From: Chrysomallon squamiferum
Taxonomy: Eukaryota > Animalia > Mollusca
DNA: 64,000 nucleotides
Direction of reading: 5' to 3'
Assembly (NCBI GenBank): GCA_012295275.1
Contig: CM022669.1
Coordinates: forward strand, 6,386,001 to 6,450,000
The position numbers were made by a program, and so were the translations under genes. Below, in pieces: positions 30,810-44,170 of this stretch; the stretch's first letter is position 1; each line of letters starts with the position of its first letter. The notes under the pieces were generated by a model, which was not told the origin of the DNA, ran no database searches, and saw only the letters and a list, made by a program, of their open reading frames with translations.

Positions 30810-31906
30810 TCTCTTCTCTCTCTAAAACACCCTATCACGCTCTCTGTCTTTATTTCTTTTCTTTTCTAACACACTGTATTCCTTTTCTTTTCTAAGTATT
30901 GTATTGAGTGCTAATTTTTTGCTTGTTTATTTACTTTCAAAATCGTCTTGTTCTGGGCCTTTCTATTTCTGGTTAATCGATATCCTAACAACTTTGAAAA
31001 AAAAAAAAAAAAAAAAAAACAACAATACCTCAGTACATGACCACAGATATTTAATAAACCAGCAACGCAATACACAATATACCCCAAAAACAACCGCAAA
31101 AAACTATAAAAAAAAATCCCCACATTCTTTAACGACTTTTAACTAAAAATTTATTTGAGACACAAACCGATAACCCCTCCCACGATCAGAGATTTTTTTT
31201 TTTTCTTCTCTCTACGTATGTGATCGTCGTCGTTGATGGTGATTAGCGACGTCTTTGTTTCGGTTATCGGTGACCTGAACAATGCGGAGGAAAAATACGA
31301 CAGAGAAAAACCCAGGTGCATGTTGATCTGGGGGTTGACACCACTGCTAAACCTCGCTGATGTTTGAGAGCGGCTTACGTGTGAAATTGAAAGACCAGCG
31401 CGAGTCCACACAAAATCAGCCGACAGGGTGGTGTAAAAGATTTTCAAGAGCAGCGGTGCAAAGTTACATAAAAATCCACAAGAAAATGTCGCCACCTTCA
31501 CGCATGCGTGCAAAATCCGGTTGGCGAATCTCGAGTTGAAGCGCGAAGTGGAAGGGACTTTTCGAGCAGACGACATCTCTCCGTCCCGAACTCGTGAGTT
31601 CACGTCACCGGGCGTCGTGCAGGACGTTCAAACGATTGCCTGGTACGATCACGTCCGTATGGTCTTCTTAGAAAGACGACGAAGACAAAAAAAAAAAAAA
31701 AAAAGAAGAAGAAGAAGACGTAGATGAGAAAGAAAAATAGAATGAAAAAAAAGACAATGAGAAAAAAGAAAGGGAAAAAAAAGAAAGAAAGAAAGATATA
31801 AAAACAGTAGAAGAACTGGAAGAATTTTGTTTTAATTATTTATACTGATAATATACACACACACAAACACACACAAACACACACACACATATACACACAC
31901 ACACAA

Positions 31907-31938
<32 letters not shown>

Positions 31939-32022
31939 ACACACACACAAACACACACACATCCAGATATTTCTTTGAATTATATATAAGCATTGCGATA
32001 CAACGTGTTTGTGCATATTCCC

Positions 32023-32056
<34 letters not shown>

Positions 32057-32118
32057 CTGGATGTCCAGATATTTCTTTAAATTATATATGAGCATAGAGA
32101 TAAAATATGTTTGCACGT

Positions 32119-32176
<58 letters not shown>

Positions 32177-32234
32177 TATCAGTTTATATCTATACTGATG
32201 TCAGTATCGGCTGTTCTAGAGAAAGTGCAAAATG

Positions 32235-32358
32235 TCATTGTTCAGATGGAATTTGAAACACGATGGTTTTTATCTGAGGTAACACGTTGCAGAAAAGAAA
32301 CGTTTGTACGTGTCAGAAACAATTTACTGCAAATAACTACTCAGTTAAGTACAAAGGA
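32235..32358 (+). repeat. Inverted duplication B, left arm (RGM intron 1)
   Basis: Reverse complement of 60787-60910, 120/124 identical by manual alignment. Confidence 0.95.
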
Positions 32359-33731
32359 CTTCTTTTTTTATCTGTGCGCCTATCCATCTGTCAGTGTGTG
32401 CATGTGTCAGTGCATTTTTATCCATTTTTCAAGTTAACTTTATTTTTTATATTCTTCATAATTATAGCAAATATTAGAAATATGCGAAAGCTTCCCGCCT
32501 GCGTCTTTGTTCGTTCGCGACCTGTCATCTACTTGACAGCTAAATAAAAATATCATTAAAAAAATAATAACAATAAAATTCAAAAAAATAAAACTAGAAA
32601 TAAAAAATAAAACTATCCGGTATCCTTTGTTATCCATTATTCTTCTCTCTCTTTTTTTTTTTTAAATTTTTTTTACTATTTTTTTTTTTTTTTTTTTTTT
32701 TTCTTTTAATAGAATTTATTATTACGTTTTATTTTTACTTTTTATTTTATTTTTTTTTTTTTTTTTTTTGTTATGTTGATATTCTTTTTTCATTATACAT
32801 ATTTAATTTGAATATTTCTTAATCATATAATTTAATATTTAACTTTGTTTATACGCGTTATTTGTACACCGGAACTGACGTTGGTGATAATAATATTTAT
32901 GTTAAATACGGCACGTTAGTAATACCTCCCCCACTACCACCACCACCCTCCTGCAATCGCGCGCGAGGTTATCAATTTCATATTAAAAATGACGCGCTTG
33001 GTGACAAGTTTTGATTTCAGCAGCAGCAGTCAGATAAATATGTTAATTTCACACTCGCTACCGAACGCACCGCTGTTTGTCACTTTAAAAAAAAGTATAC
33101 GTACAAATGTTATCACACCTAGCATAGCGCTCACATAAATAACAAATTCTTTAAGCCGATGGAAAAAAAACACAAAAAAAAAACACACTCACACAAAAAA
33201 AAAACACGGTCACAAATTGCATGTAACGGTTGAAATGAAATGACATTTATAGGATTTAAAGATTAGTCAGGAAGAGGTGCACATTACTAGAAAAATGTGA
33301 TCCTTAATTTGTAGATTTAATTAACAAGTATCATGTCGTTTTGGTAATTAATAAAGCAAAAAGAAAAAAGAAAGAAAAGAAAGAAATGAAATAAATTATA
33401 CACAACATACACACATTTATATATATTTTACTTAATTATTAACTTTTTTGTTTTGTTTTTTGGCTTTGTTCACCTTATTAATGTGTGTGTGTGTATGTGT
33501 GTGTGTGTGTATAGATATTTGTGTATGTATATATATATATGTATGTATGTGTGTATATATAGATGTGTGTGTATGTATATATATGTGTGTGTGTATGTAT
33601 GTGTATGTATGTATGTATATATGTGTGTGTGTGTTAGTATGACTCATATATTAGTCATAATAATAATAACAACAAAAACAGCATTAGTAATAATAATAGC
33701 TGTAACAACAATATTGTTTTCATTGTTAAGG

Positions 33732-33733
<2 letters not shown>

Positions 33734-33802
<69 letters not shown>

Positions 33803-33860
33803 GTTATTGTTATTGTTATTATTATTATTATTATTATTATTGTTATTGTTATTATTGTTA
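33734..33860 (+). repeat. (TTA)n/(TTG)n microsatellite
   Basis: Direct reading. Confidence 0.95.
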
Positions 33861-34099
33861 TACCGCTGAGTCACACTAAACTTGATCTTCTCGTTTCCTA
33901 TCAACAGATCAAAGTTTAATTTACATTATCTTATTTTTGATTAATTATCATTTATTTATACCTCAAACCATCACGCAACAAGATTTAAAGTTCACCGTGG
34001 GCATAGCCAGAGATAAATATCTATTACATATCTACATGTCATTTTACAATACACTCACACCTACACACACACACACACATACGTACATACACACAGTCA

Positions 34100-34234
34100 C
34101 ACACATACATACATATAAGCACATATACGTACATACATACATACATTCTTACATGCACGTATGTATTTAACATCTGGTTACCCATAGATACACAAATGTT
34201 ACGTAAAACATTCTTACGTATCTCCGATCGTGTA

Positions 34235-34284
<50 letters not shown>

Positions 34285-34406
34285 ATGCAAACAACCAAAT
34301 ATTTTTATACCTTGTATAATACGTACTTAGTTAAATAAACAAATAAAACATCAAAGAAGACAGGTATGTCAGGTATCTGTTTCAGTCTACCTGCTTATAA
34401 AACCTG
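34100..34406 (-). repeat. Inverted duplication A, right arm (RGM intron 1)
   Basis: Reverse complement of 20726-21058. Confidence 0.95.
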
Positions 34407-34489
34407 CATGTGTGTGTGTGTGTGTGTATTTATATATATATATAATGACATATAGATATATATAATTACGTATATATATAAAATCAACC

Positions 34490-34525
<36 letters not shown>

Positions 34526-35635
34526 CAACCTATGTATATACACACATATACATACATACATACATATATATTCATTCATTCATACATTCGTTCATACATA
34601 AAACATTTACACGAATATAATGTATGTGCTCACACACAAACTCACACGCACACAGGCATGATTTATTAAAGATTTAAGTTAATATGCAGCTCGGTAAGCT
34701 ATAAAACATAATATTTAAAAAATCAAAAAAAATATCGAATATATTAAGTAGAAATGTTCCTTGCAGGTGGGATGTTATTATATACTTTGCAGGTGGAAAT
34801 GTTGTAATTAACCCTTCAGGTGAATATATTGTCAATTTTTTTTTTTTTTTTTATTTTTTTTTTATTTTTTTTTTTCCATACTAAGTGTGCACATATTTAC
34901 AATAAAGTGCATGTCTTTGTAATTTTATTATTAAATAAACCATTATAATAATTAATTTAGATTTATGCTAAGGGTGTTTTATAAAAGTATAATCTCCGAA
35001 AAATTTTACGACTAATTGGTGTAATCATATATCTCATAAACGGTAATGATATGAAAGTGAAATCATAGACTCAGTCTTTCTAGAGATTGGTGGTATCGAA
35101 CGGTAAATAAGTCGACGGCAAATGTGTAATAAGTCGCTTGTTTTCCTTTTTCTAATTTTTCTTCTTCTATTTTAATCATACGTCTGCGAAGCATTACTCA
35201 TATCTTTTATTATTCTTACATAATCAATAAATTATTCAGTGGGTTTCTAATTAATACCAAGAAAAATAATCAACTTTAACAAAAATATCGACGTTTCCAA
35301 AATCGAAATGAAACACTGTTTTCTGTCTTTTTTTCTTTCTTTCTTTTTTTTTTTTTTCTTTTTAATATCGTGTTTTATAAGGGAAAAAAAATTAATGAAA
35401 GACGAAAAGAATTATTAATTAAATTCTTATGTTATGTAATTTTCATTTCCATTTATCGTTTCCGATTCTCTTCTCTGCAAGGATCGATCTCAGTTTGTAT
35501 CTGTCAATCAACTTGTTTGATGGGATCAGCATTAACACCTCTTGTGATTGGCTGAAAGCTTTTTTAACCAGCTAATGTAATTAACGCTATGAACTGGGGA
35601 GAGAGAGGGAGAGAGAAAATGGGAATAACAGAGAG

Positions 35636-35690
<55 letters not shown>

Positions 35691-35916
35691 CTCGACTATT
35701 TACTATTCGGAACTGAATGTAAAAACTGACAAAACAAATACTCTCTCATCTTTATTTTTAAAAGATAATAAATAAAGAAACAAACAAACAAACAAACACC
35801 TAAATAGCTCACAGAAGATCATATTGTATTTATCTACAGTGTATTTAGAAACCAAACCGCGATTCCGGACTAATTTTGATTGTAACAAATGTCGTCTGCT
35901 TATTCCAATAATCAAT

Positions 35917-35950
<34 letters not shown>

Positions 35951-35989
35951 ACTGCCGTAGTGTTCATTGAGTGTGAAACCTTTTAAACT

Positions 35990-36387
35990 CGACCAATCAT
36001 AATTTGCCTAACACTGTAGGCAACCCATGGCTTGACATTATCGGCTGTTATATCAAATAGCTCAGCGGTGAAGGCAGGATTAACGGAGGCGTGGCTAACA
36101 CCTCAGCTGACAGTTGACGACCGCAAGCTCCTCCTACTGACCTACTTCTCGTCAACGGCTCGCAATCCCTCATTCTTTCAGAGCACAGTTAGAGTGGTAT
36201 AGGACTGCGTCGAGTCGGTCGGACGGGAAGGCTGCATTTGTGGTTTTACGTTTTTTTGTTTCTGTAATTTCCAAGGGAGAAAGGCCGAAATGTGAAATTT
36301 TCAGCAAACGTCTGGTCGTGGAAATGACCAACGCTATGTGACAAAATGATTGATGGCTCATGGAAGTTTTTGTTTTTCCCTTTACAG
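35990..36387 (+). promoter_or_regulatory. Possible proximal/alternative promoter just upstream of exon 2
   Basis: CCAAT 35993-35997, Sp/KLF-type GGAGGCGTGGC 36085-36095 and Inr-like TCATTC 36170-36175 occur in the usual order. The region is GC-enriched and has an in-frame ATG at 36353. Confidence 0.4.
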
Positions 36388-36557
36388 AGCAGTTTCGTCC
36401 GTTGGCTGTTGTAGTTGTTCCCAGTCGGCAGTCAAGACCCATCAAATCGGATCTGCATGGAAGGGAATGGGGACGTGCGGCTACCCTAGCCCGCCCTGCC
36501 TGTCTATCCCCTCCCTGTTCGCTATCCTGCTAACACTGGGAATTCTAATTTTAACAG
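36388..36557 (+). CDS. RGM: RGM exon 2: N-terminal leader and signal peptide (...SAWKGMGTCGYPSPPCLSIPSLFAILLTLGILILT)
   Basis: Polypyrimidine acceptor ttttgtttttccctttacAG (36386-36387). Donor AG|GTTAGT after 36557 is phase 1, matching exon 3. Encodes a hydrophobic signal-peptide core and a W-x-G-M-G motif as in vertebrate RGMa/RGMb. In-frame ATG at 36467. Confidence 0.85.
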
Positions 36558-36596
36558 GTTAGTTCTTATTTTGCTTTATTTAGCTTATTATTATTA

Positions 36597-36650
<54 letters not shown>

Positions 36651-36793
36651 TCGCTTGGTTGTCACCTTGATTTCAGTGGTACGAGAGAAATATCGTCTGC
36701 TCTTTGATTTTTAAACTTATATACTGTAATACATACTTTGTGTGTTTGTGTATCTGAGTGTGCTTTGCGTTTTGGACAGATAGAAAGAAAGAT

Positions 36794-36855
<62 letters not shown>

Positions 36856-36922
36856 CATTATATTGTGCTTTACATAGATATTTATAGTCATCGTGGTTAC
36901 ATTTTTCTGTTTTATTTTCCAG

Positions 36923-37443
36923 CCGAAGGATTTAAAACGAACGCGGGTTGTAAAATTGATTCGTGTTGGAGTCCCTATGACATGATGCGGACGTCAATTG
37001 AACAACGGCCTGCCAAGACGGGCACTGGCACAGACGAAGTTTCACAAGATGACAGACACTGCGTGGCACTTCGGACATACTGGCACTGCATTAAACGCAT
37101 AAAGGAAAACGGAGGTTGTCATGGTGATATTCGCTATTTCAGTGTCCGGAACGGAATAAAAAACCAAATGAAACAGTACAACTGTTCGCACGACGGTCGG
37201 ACAATCGATACGTCAAAAATCCCTACTGCCTCCCCCAGTACTCCCAAGGAGTGTTCGTACAGGGGGAGGAAAGTATTTAAACACTGCGGTCTTTTCGGAG
37301 ATCCCCATCTCAGGACGTTTGAAAACCAACTACAAACATGTAAAGTGAAAGGGGCATGGCCTCTAGTAAATAACAAGTATTTAACAGTGCAGGTTACAAA
37401 CGATGCTGTCGTTGGTGATAGCGGGGCAACGGCAACAAGCAAG
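36923..37443 (+). CDS. RGM: RGM exon 3: Cys-rich N-terminal (BMP-binding) domain and start of the vWF-D-like domain with the GDPH autocleavage site
   Basis: Acceptor ttttattttccAG (36921-36922). Encodes CKIDSC, CVALRTYWHC, CHGDIRYFS, YNCS and HCGLFGDPHLRTF..QTCKVKGAWPLVNNKYLTVQVTN..ATATSK, which are diagnostic RGM motifs. GDPH is at 37297-37308. Donor AAG|GTACGT, phase 0. Confidence 0.96.
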
Positions 37444-38571
37444 GTACGTATCATCTATAAATATTAACACCACCACCACCACCACCCCAAACCTTCACTC
37501 CCATCACGTACACACACAGGCACGCTCGACAAAACAATGGAACGCTATCGCACTCTTTTTAGTTCGGATCGCCCCGTACAGAGAGAGGTGTCATGGCCGC
37601 TTTACCTCTTTTCCAGTGTAAACAATACTCGGTGAAGCTTTTGTTCGTTGTCGAAACCGGGGTGTTTTTTTAAACGTAAAAATAATGCATCCGCGGCAAT
37701 AAGTAATAACTAATCATGCATCTAGGTGAAACTGCGTTTATTTGTTAGCACGATTTGCTACTTGCATAGCGGCAACGCAGCCGAAACAAGACAACAAAAC
37801 TTGCGATATTTTTACACCAAAGAACTCGAGGCGCCCTCTTGAATCAATATGGCGGTTGGTGTTTGTGCTTGGCTGGGTCAAGCGATAGGACTTACAGTTT
37901 ATCGTGACTGACAACAACCAAAAAAACTAGTACAACCATCATCAGGATTTATAATGTGGCCTATTTTATCAAGGGGTCTTTAGTAAAGCAGTTTACTTTC
38001 TTTTAGATGTTAAAATATTTTTTGGGGCTATTTTTTTATTCGTTGTTCAGTGCACAAAAGGAAATAGCACGGCATTCCTAAGCTCAAAGTAAAACAAGAA
38101 ATCTCGTGAAAAACAAAACAAAACAAAATCCATCTGGACACCATTATTTTTATTTCGAAACACTGCACTCGATAAATGTTTTCAGTAGTTAGTTTGAACG
38201 TAGAAATCAGCAAACTGATCCAGACTTTACCGATAACATACCATTCAAAACGTTACTATAGAACTAATTTAAATATTAAAATAATATAAAAACAATGTTA
38301 AAATCTTTTTAAGCAAAAATATGTACTTTTTCGCAAATTGAAATGACAATATACACTTACATCGTATGGCTGTATTAATATACGTTTTACTGATTTGAAT
38401 ACCATACAATATGTATTTTTATGTTTATTTATTTATTTTTATTTTTTATTTTATTTTATTTTATTTTATTTTATTTAATCATTCACGTTATGGAAAATAC
38501 AAAGACATTTTTTAATTTTAGAAATCGATAATTTCATTCACTCCTTTTAATAAGTGAAAAAAAATGTTACC

Positions 38572-38620
38572 CAGAGGCGGATCCATAATTAAAAAAAAAA
38601 AAAAAAAAAAAAAAGGACCA
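38572..38620 (+). mobile_element. Truncated left end of the same MITE-like family (RGM intron 3)
   Basis: cagaggcggatccataatt followed by an A tract. No partner end was found. Confidence 0.35.
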
Positions 38621-41378
38621 AGTAATGACCGGGTGAAGGTATTTTGAAATAAAAGTAATTGCGTTATCAGGGAAAATATGGGTTAGAAAAATATATATAT
38701 ATATATATATATAAATGTGTGTGTGTGTGTGTGTAAAATTCTGACTCCTATTCATAGGTTATTTGGAAATATCTTTTCTTTCTCTCTCAACTGATCTGCT
38801 TGTATACACAAACACTGTATTGACGTAAGAAACAAGAGTTCTGGATTATATCCATGACAGGCGTGCTTAACGACTCATCTTTAATGATCACATTAGCATT
38901 TTTCCCCATTTCATCAAAATACATACTGTTTCTCAGACTATTATATTAATTCACACGTGAGAAGATTAATCCTCACGTTATTGTTGTTGAATCATCTGGA
39001 TATTAATTATGTATATCAGAAGGAATGGTTATCAAGCCAAGTAAAAAATAGAAGGTTTTAGTTATGTATTATACTGACGAAACTATGTTAATTTTCTGTC
39101 ACATATTATGGGCTATTAGACGTTTGATTTTCCATGTATGAAGCAATGAAGAACGAGCCATTTCTTCGTTCTGTTGTAATGAAATGTATTTTATGTTTAA
39201 CTCTTCACAGCCAGAAAAACTTACACCGTTGTCATAGACATTCAGTCGAACTGGATTAATATTTCAGTCAGTATACGCGAATTAAAACCGTTTGGTTCAT
39301 TTCTTACCTTTTTTCACATTTTTCTTTCTGTTCAGATTTATTGCTTACCTTCGTCATACATCATTTTATATATATAAATTAAAAAGGGGGGAAAAAAACG
39401 ACTCTCTATTCGTATATTCGTTATAAGATGTAAGAATTTAAATAATAATATTTTGCATGATTCAGTACTGAAAAAAAAATAATGTTTTATAGTACATAAG
39501 CGATATCAAAGTTTTATAGAAAAAAAAATGGTATGCCAGTTTGGAGAAGCAGATAATGAAAATCTGATTCAACATCATTCATCTTAATTATCTCTCTTCA
39601 TCATTAACAATTACTTTCTCTTGATTCGGGGTGTGTCTCGCATCTGTTTCCAGCATTTGGCTTTTGTCAGGCAGTTTGAATAGATTCCATTGTTTATTTT
39701 AAAGCAATATTTCTTCATTCTTAACGTATTTGTACTACTACCGGGATTACTACTACTACTCCTACTACTCCTACTCCTACTCCTATTACTGCTACTGCTA
39801 CTAACAATAATAATAATAATAATAACCATCGTCATTTCATTCGCGCATCGTCGCAACCATAACGAACTGCTAATAAAATACGTACACGTTACGTCAAAAG
39901 CGTTACGTTGGCAGTTGACGGCAGAATGCTAATGGCGTCTCCAGCCTAATTGGTTTATCACCCCTGTGAGGTCGCTGTGTTTGTCCACTTTGTTTGTGGA
40001 CGATGAAGATTAAGTGACTGTTAATGTCGTGACCTAATTAATGAACACACGGAGAGAGACGCAAGAAGCCGATAACGAGTAGTGATTTATGACGAGGGGC
40101 GGGGTTCTCTCCCCCTCTCCGTGTTTTGCGTTGCCTGCTTTCTGGAACATATCAATTACCTCTGTCTTTTTTCTTCTGTTCTGTTCTATTTTATTTCTTT
40201 TTTTATCTGGGATTTAACAAGTTTTTTTTTCTTCTTCTTCTTCTTTCTTCTTTTCTGAAATTAAGGTCGTGATGATGATTATGATGATTATTTATATATA
40301 TTTAATCATTATCATTAGTAGTAATAGTACTAATAGTAGTAGTTGTAGTAGTAGTAGTAGTAGTAGTAGTATTTATTTATTTATATATTTATTTATTAAA
40401 TGTCAAACGTCCTATCAAATTGCATTGTTTGTCAATACATGAATCTAATCTGGTTATTCGATACAATACAAACTTAATTTTGAATGCCGAGGTTTAAGGT
40501 AGCTGTGTCTGTTACATTGTCAGTAATCTCATAATTAAATATCACAGCAGTGCAGGACAAGCTACTTGTACCTTGGTCCATATAAGCAAGAAGACAAACA
40601 AAACGTAGTAGCTACGTTAAACGATGTTTATCAGAGAAATCCAAACACACATGGGTTGATGATCTTCACGTATTAATTTCATTAGCGATTAACTGAATGT
40701 GAGATCATTAAAATATATGAACGCTACTACGGAATCGAGAGAAAAATAATCGTTGAAGATTTAATGTGATAAAGTATAACATTACCTGGTCAGGTTTGTT
40801 TAACTGAAAAACAGTTTTCGAAAGACAGACGCACAGAAACATATAGGCTGTATACATGAACACACATATGTACACAGACATACACACATAAACGCACACG
40901 CATCGTAGTTTTTTTTTACTGATCAATATATTTGAATTCCGTTAGTAAAATGCTCGTTATTTAACAGAGCATTTTTCTTTCATTCATTCTTAGTGCAGAG
41001 CTTTTACTTTTCTAACTGCCATGTCATAATCTTTTGAGGATATATTCCTTGTAACTTAATAATTCGCTCTGAGGAATTTTTTTTTTTTTTTTAATTTAAC
41101 GTTAAAACTACCGAACTTACTATAAATAAAACGTTTGCGTATATGCGAAGGTAAGTCCATATATAAATTAGCAGCTGCAAACAAAATGCCTGTAGATACA
41201 CACATGTACAAATATTCTATATACAACATAAGAACTTAAAAACATGTACGAAATGCGTACGTACATACATACATACATGGACACATACACACACACACAG
41301 ACACACTCGCTGACTCACTGACATAAAAATAAAAATATAGAGATGTGTTATGAACCATTTATCTTTCTCTCTTTCCAG

Positions 41379-42092
41379 CTTACTGTGATAATTAAAAAGA
41401 ACAATGCCTGCGCGTCTGACACGTTTCAGATGTACCAGGCGCAGACGGACTACTTACCTGGGTCGTTCTACGACGGCAGGACGCACTATGGACCGCACAA
41501 AAGTGTGGAGCTCGTAGAGGTGGAGCCGGGCAAACACGTCGAAATTCATATTCGCTATATCGAAACGACCATCTTGGTGAGGCAGATCGGTCGATATTTT
41601 ACATTTGCCATCCGCATGCCAGCGGACATCGTTACAACGAGTTCCAATTCAAGCGACATGGAATTATGTGTTAGTGGTTGCCCTCTGTCGGAAAGGATTA
41701 ATTACCAGGAGTACCTCGCTCTGCGCAAAAACCGGATTACCTCCCTTCCCGGAAGCAGTGACGCCGCCACGTCCTCCAGCGTGGTGATGTCGCGCGCTGA
41801 AGCGGACAGCATCTGTCGCGAGGCTCAGGTTGTGGATTTTTACTTCGATTCGTGTGTGTTCGATCTGATGACCACCGGGGACAAAAACTTCACCCTGGCC
41901 GCGGTCAGTGCTCTGAACGACGTGCTGAAACTGGACCCTGACGTGTTAAAATCCCAGCCGAACAGGACGGATTTTAGCCCGTACGACAAACTGTACGGAA
42001 GTGGTGCATGTAGGACTCAGTCTGTGTGGTTGGTGTACTTGACTCTATTCTTGAGTATATTTGTGTGTTGCTGCAGAACGGAGAGAGTTTGA
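41379..42092 (+). CDS. RGM: RGM exon 4 (last coding exon): C-terminal domain and hydrophobic anchor signal
   Basis: Acceptor ctttctctctttccAG (41377-41378), phase 0, giving ATATSK|LTVIIK. Motifs YQAQTDYLP..F.DG, PGKHVEI..RYI.TTI.VRQIGRYFTFAIRMP, LCVSGCP..ERI and FDSCVFDLMTTGDKNFT match RGM family members. Ends TGA followed by TAG. Confidence 0.96.
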   Translation, partial: LTVIIKKNNACASDTFQMYQAQTDYLPGSFYDGRTHYGPHKSVELVEVEPGKHVEIHIRYIETTILVRQIGRYFTFAIRMPADIVTTSSNSSDMELCVSGCPLSERINYQEYLALRKNRITSLPGSSDAATSSSVVMSRAEADSICREAQVVDFYFDSCVFDLMTTGDKNFTLAAVSALNDVLKLDPDVLKSQPNRTDFSPYDKLYGSGACRTQSVWLVYLTLFLSIFVCCCRTERV

Positions 42093-42424
42093 TAGGACTT
42101 AGGATCGAATCTGTTGATAGGTTCAAACATGTTCAGTATTGCATGAAGAATTGGTTGAGAAATAAAGATAGTGATGTAATTAGATTAACTTTTAATTGTA
42201 TTAATTATTAAATTATTTTAAGTCAGAGATGTAATCAGTCAGTATAAGATCAGTCTATAATGCAGATATCATAGTTTAAGATTATTCTAACAAGTTAATT
42301 GTTTTGTTTTCTACTGATTAAAAGTAATACAGACTATTTTAATACTATTAATATCAGATACTTTGATAGTGTTTTTCAATCAATTCTTCCGACGACACTG
42401 AACTGAAAGTAGCTGTATGTTATT

Positions 42425-42893
<469 letters not shown>

Positions 42894-43328
42894 TTTTAAT
42901 TATTTACTAGGAATAAAATGAACGCAGCTTAATATATATGTATATTTGAGAAACTAAGCTGCAACGCCAACCGAAACAAGTGCATTTTGGGATATTGTTT
43001 CTGCTAGATCAGCCAATCAAACTGCACGAAGCTTGTACGAGTTTGATCAAGTATATACATAAAAACGGGGATTTTAAAATACTTTTAATATGGTATATGG
43101 GGAAGGGAAAACTTTTTAAATGTTTGCATAATCTAGAATCGTTATTATTTACAATCAAACTTTTTAATGACATTAGTCACGTGATACGGTCCCTCCAGAA
43201 AAGTATCCCAACGTGCACTTGTACATCCGTTATTACCTCATTATTTTGAATGCAAAGACAATAAATTAAGGGGCGTGAGTTATTTTTAAGAGTGTATGTA
43301 CGTTTTATTATGTACGTTTTATTATGAA

Positions 43329-43365
<37 letters not shown>

Positions 43366-44137
43366 TTGTTTTAATTTTTAATCTGTTTTTATTTATCGCG
43401 ATGTTTAGTGATAAATGGCAGGATGTTGACATCCCACTGTTTAACAACAAGTATTCAGTGTATATCTTCAGATCATTTAATGTTGTAACCACTATTAACA
43501 ACATTTACTGGGGAGGGGGCCAAGGATAGGAGTGTGGTTTACTGAAAACAGATTAGATGAAAAAAAAAAAACACATGATGCATTGTTTGGGTTTTAGTTT
43601 TTAAAGAAAAGAAAAAATACAAGAAAAAAATCAGTAGAAAAAAATTCAAATAAAACAAAATCACGTAATCGGTTTTCTGAAATATGTGATACGCTTGAGT
43701 GATTTTCTCATGTTCACGGTTCACTCTTTTTTCTTCTTTATCTTCCTAATATTTTATGTATTTCTTTTTAAGAAACCCCCCCAAAAAAACCATCAACACA
43801 GATATTTAAAGATTCAGATGTTATCGTTATTATATATTTCATATTAAATTCTGAAGTAAATCTAATAACCAATTTTATTTTATAAAATAATGCATAGAAC
43901 TAATCGAAAAGTTTCAAATCTTTTTACCATCTATTCCCTGGCTCTAATGTCACACTTTAATTGTGACGTAATGCAGAAACCTCTAACAACGATTATGACG
44001 TCAACTGGAAGTTTAACATATTAGTAATATAGGTTTAACAATAAATTAATTAAAGAGACAAACAACAAAACAAAAATTAAAAGTTAATTTGGTTATGACG
44101 TTTAACATTACATCATGTGGAATTAATTTCAAGTAGA

Positions 44138-44170
<33 letters not shown>

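Noticed and set aside
36865-36922. ORF-track N-terminal extensions of RGM exons 3 and 4 (also 41343-41378)
   Set aside because: These are intronic polypyrimidine tracts upstream of clear AG acceptors.
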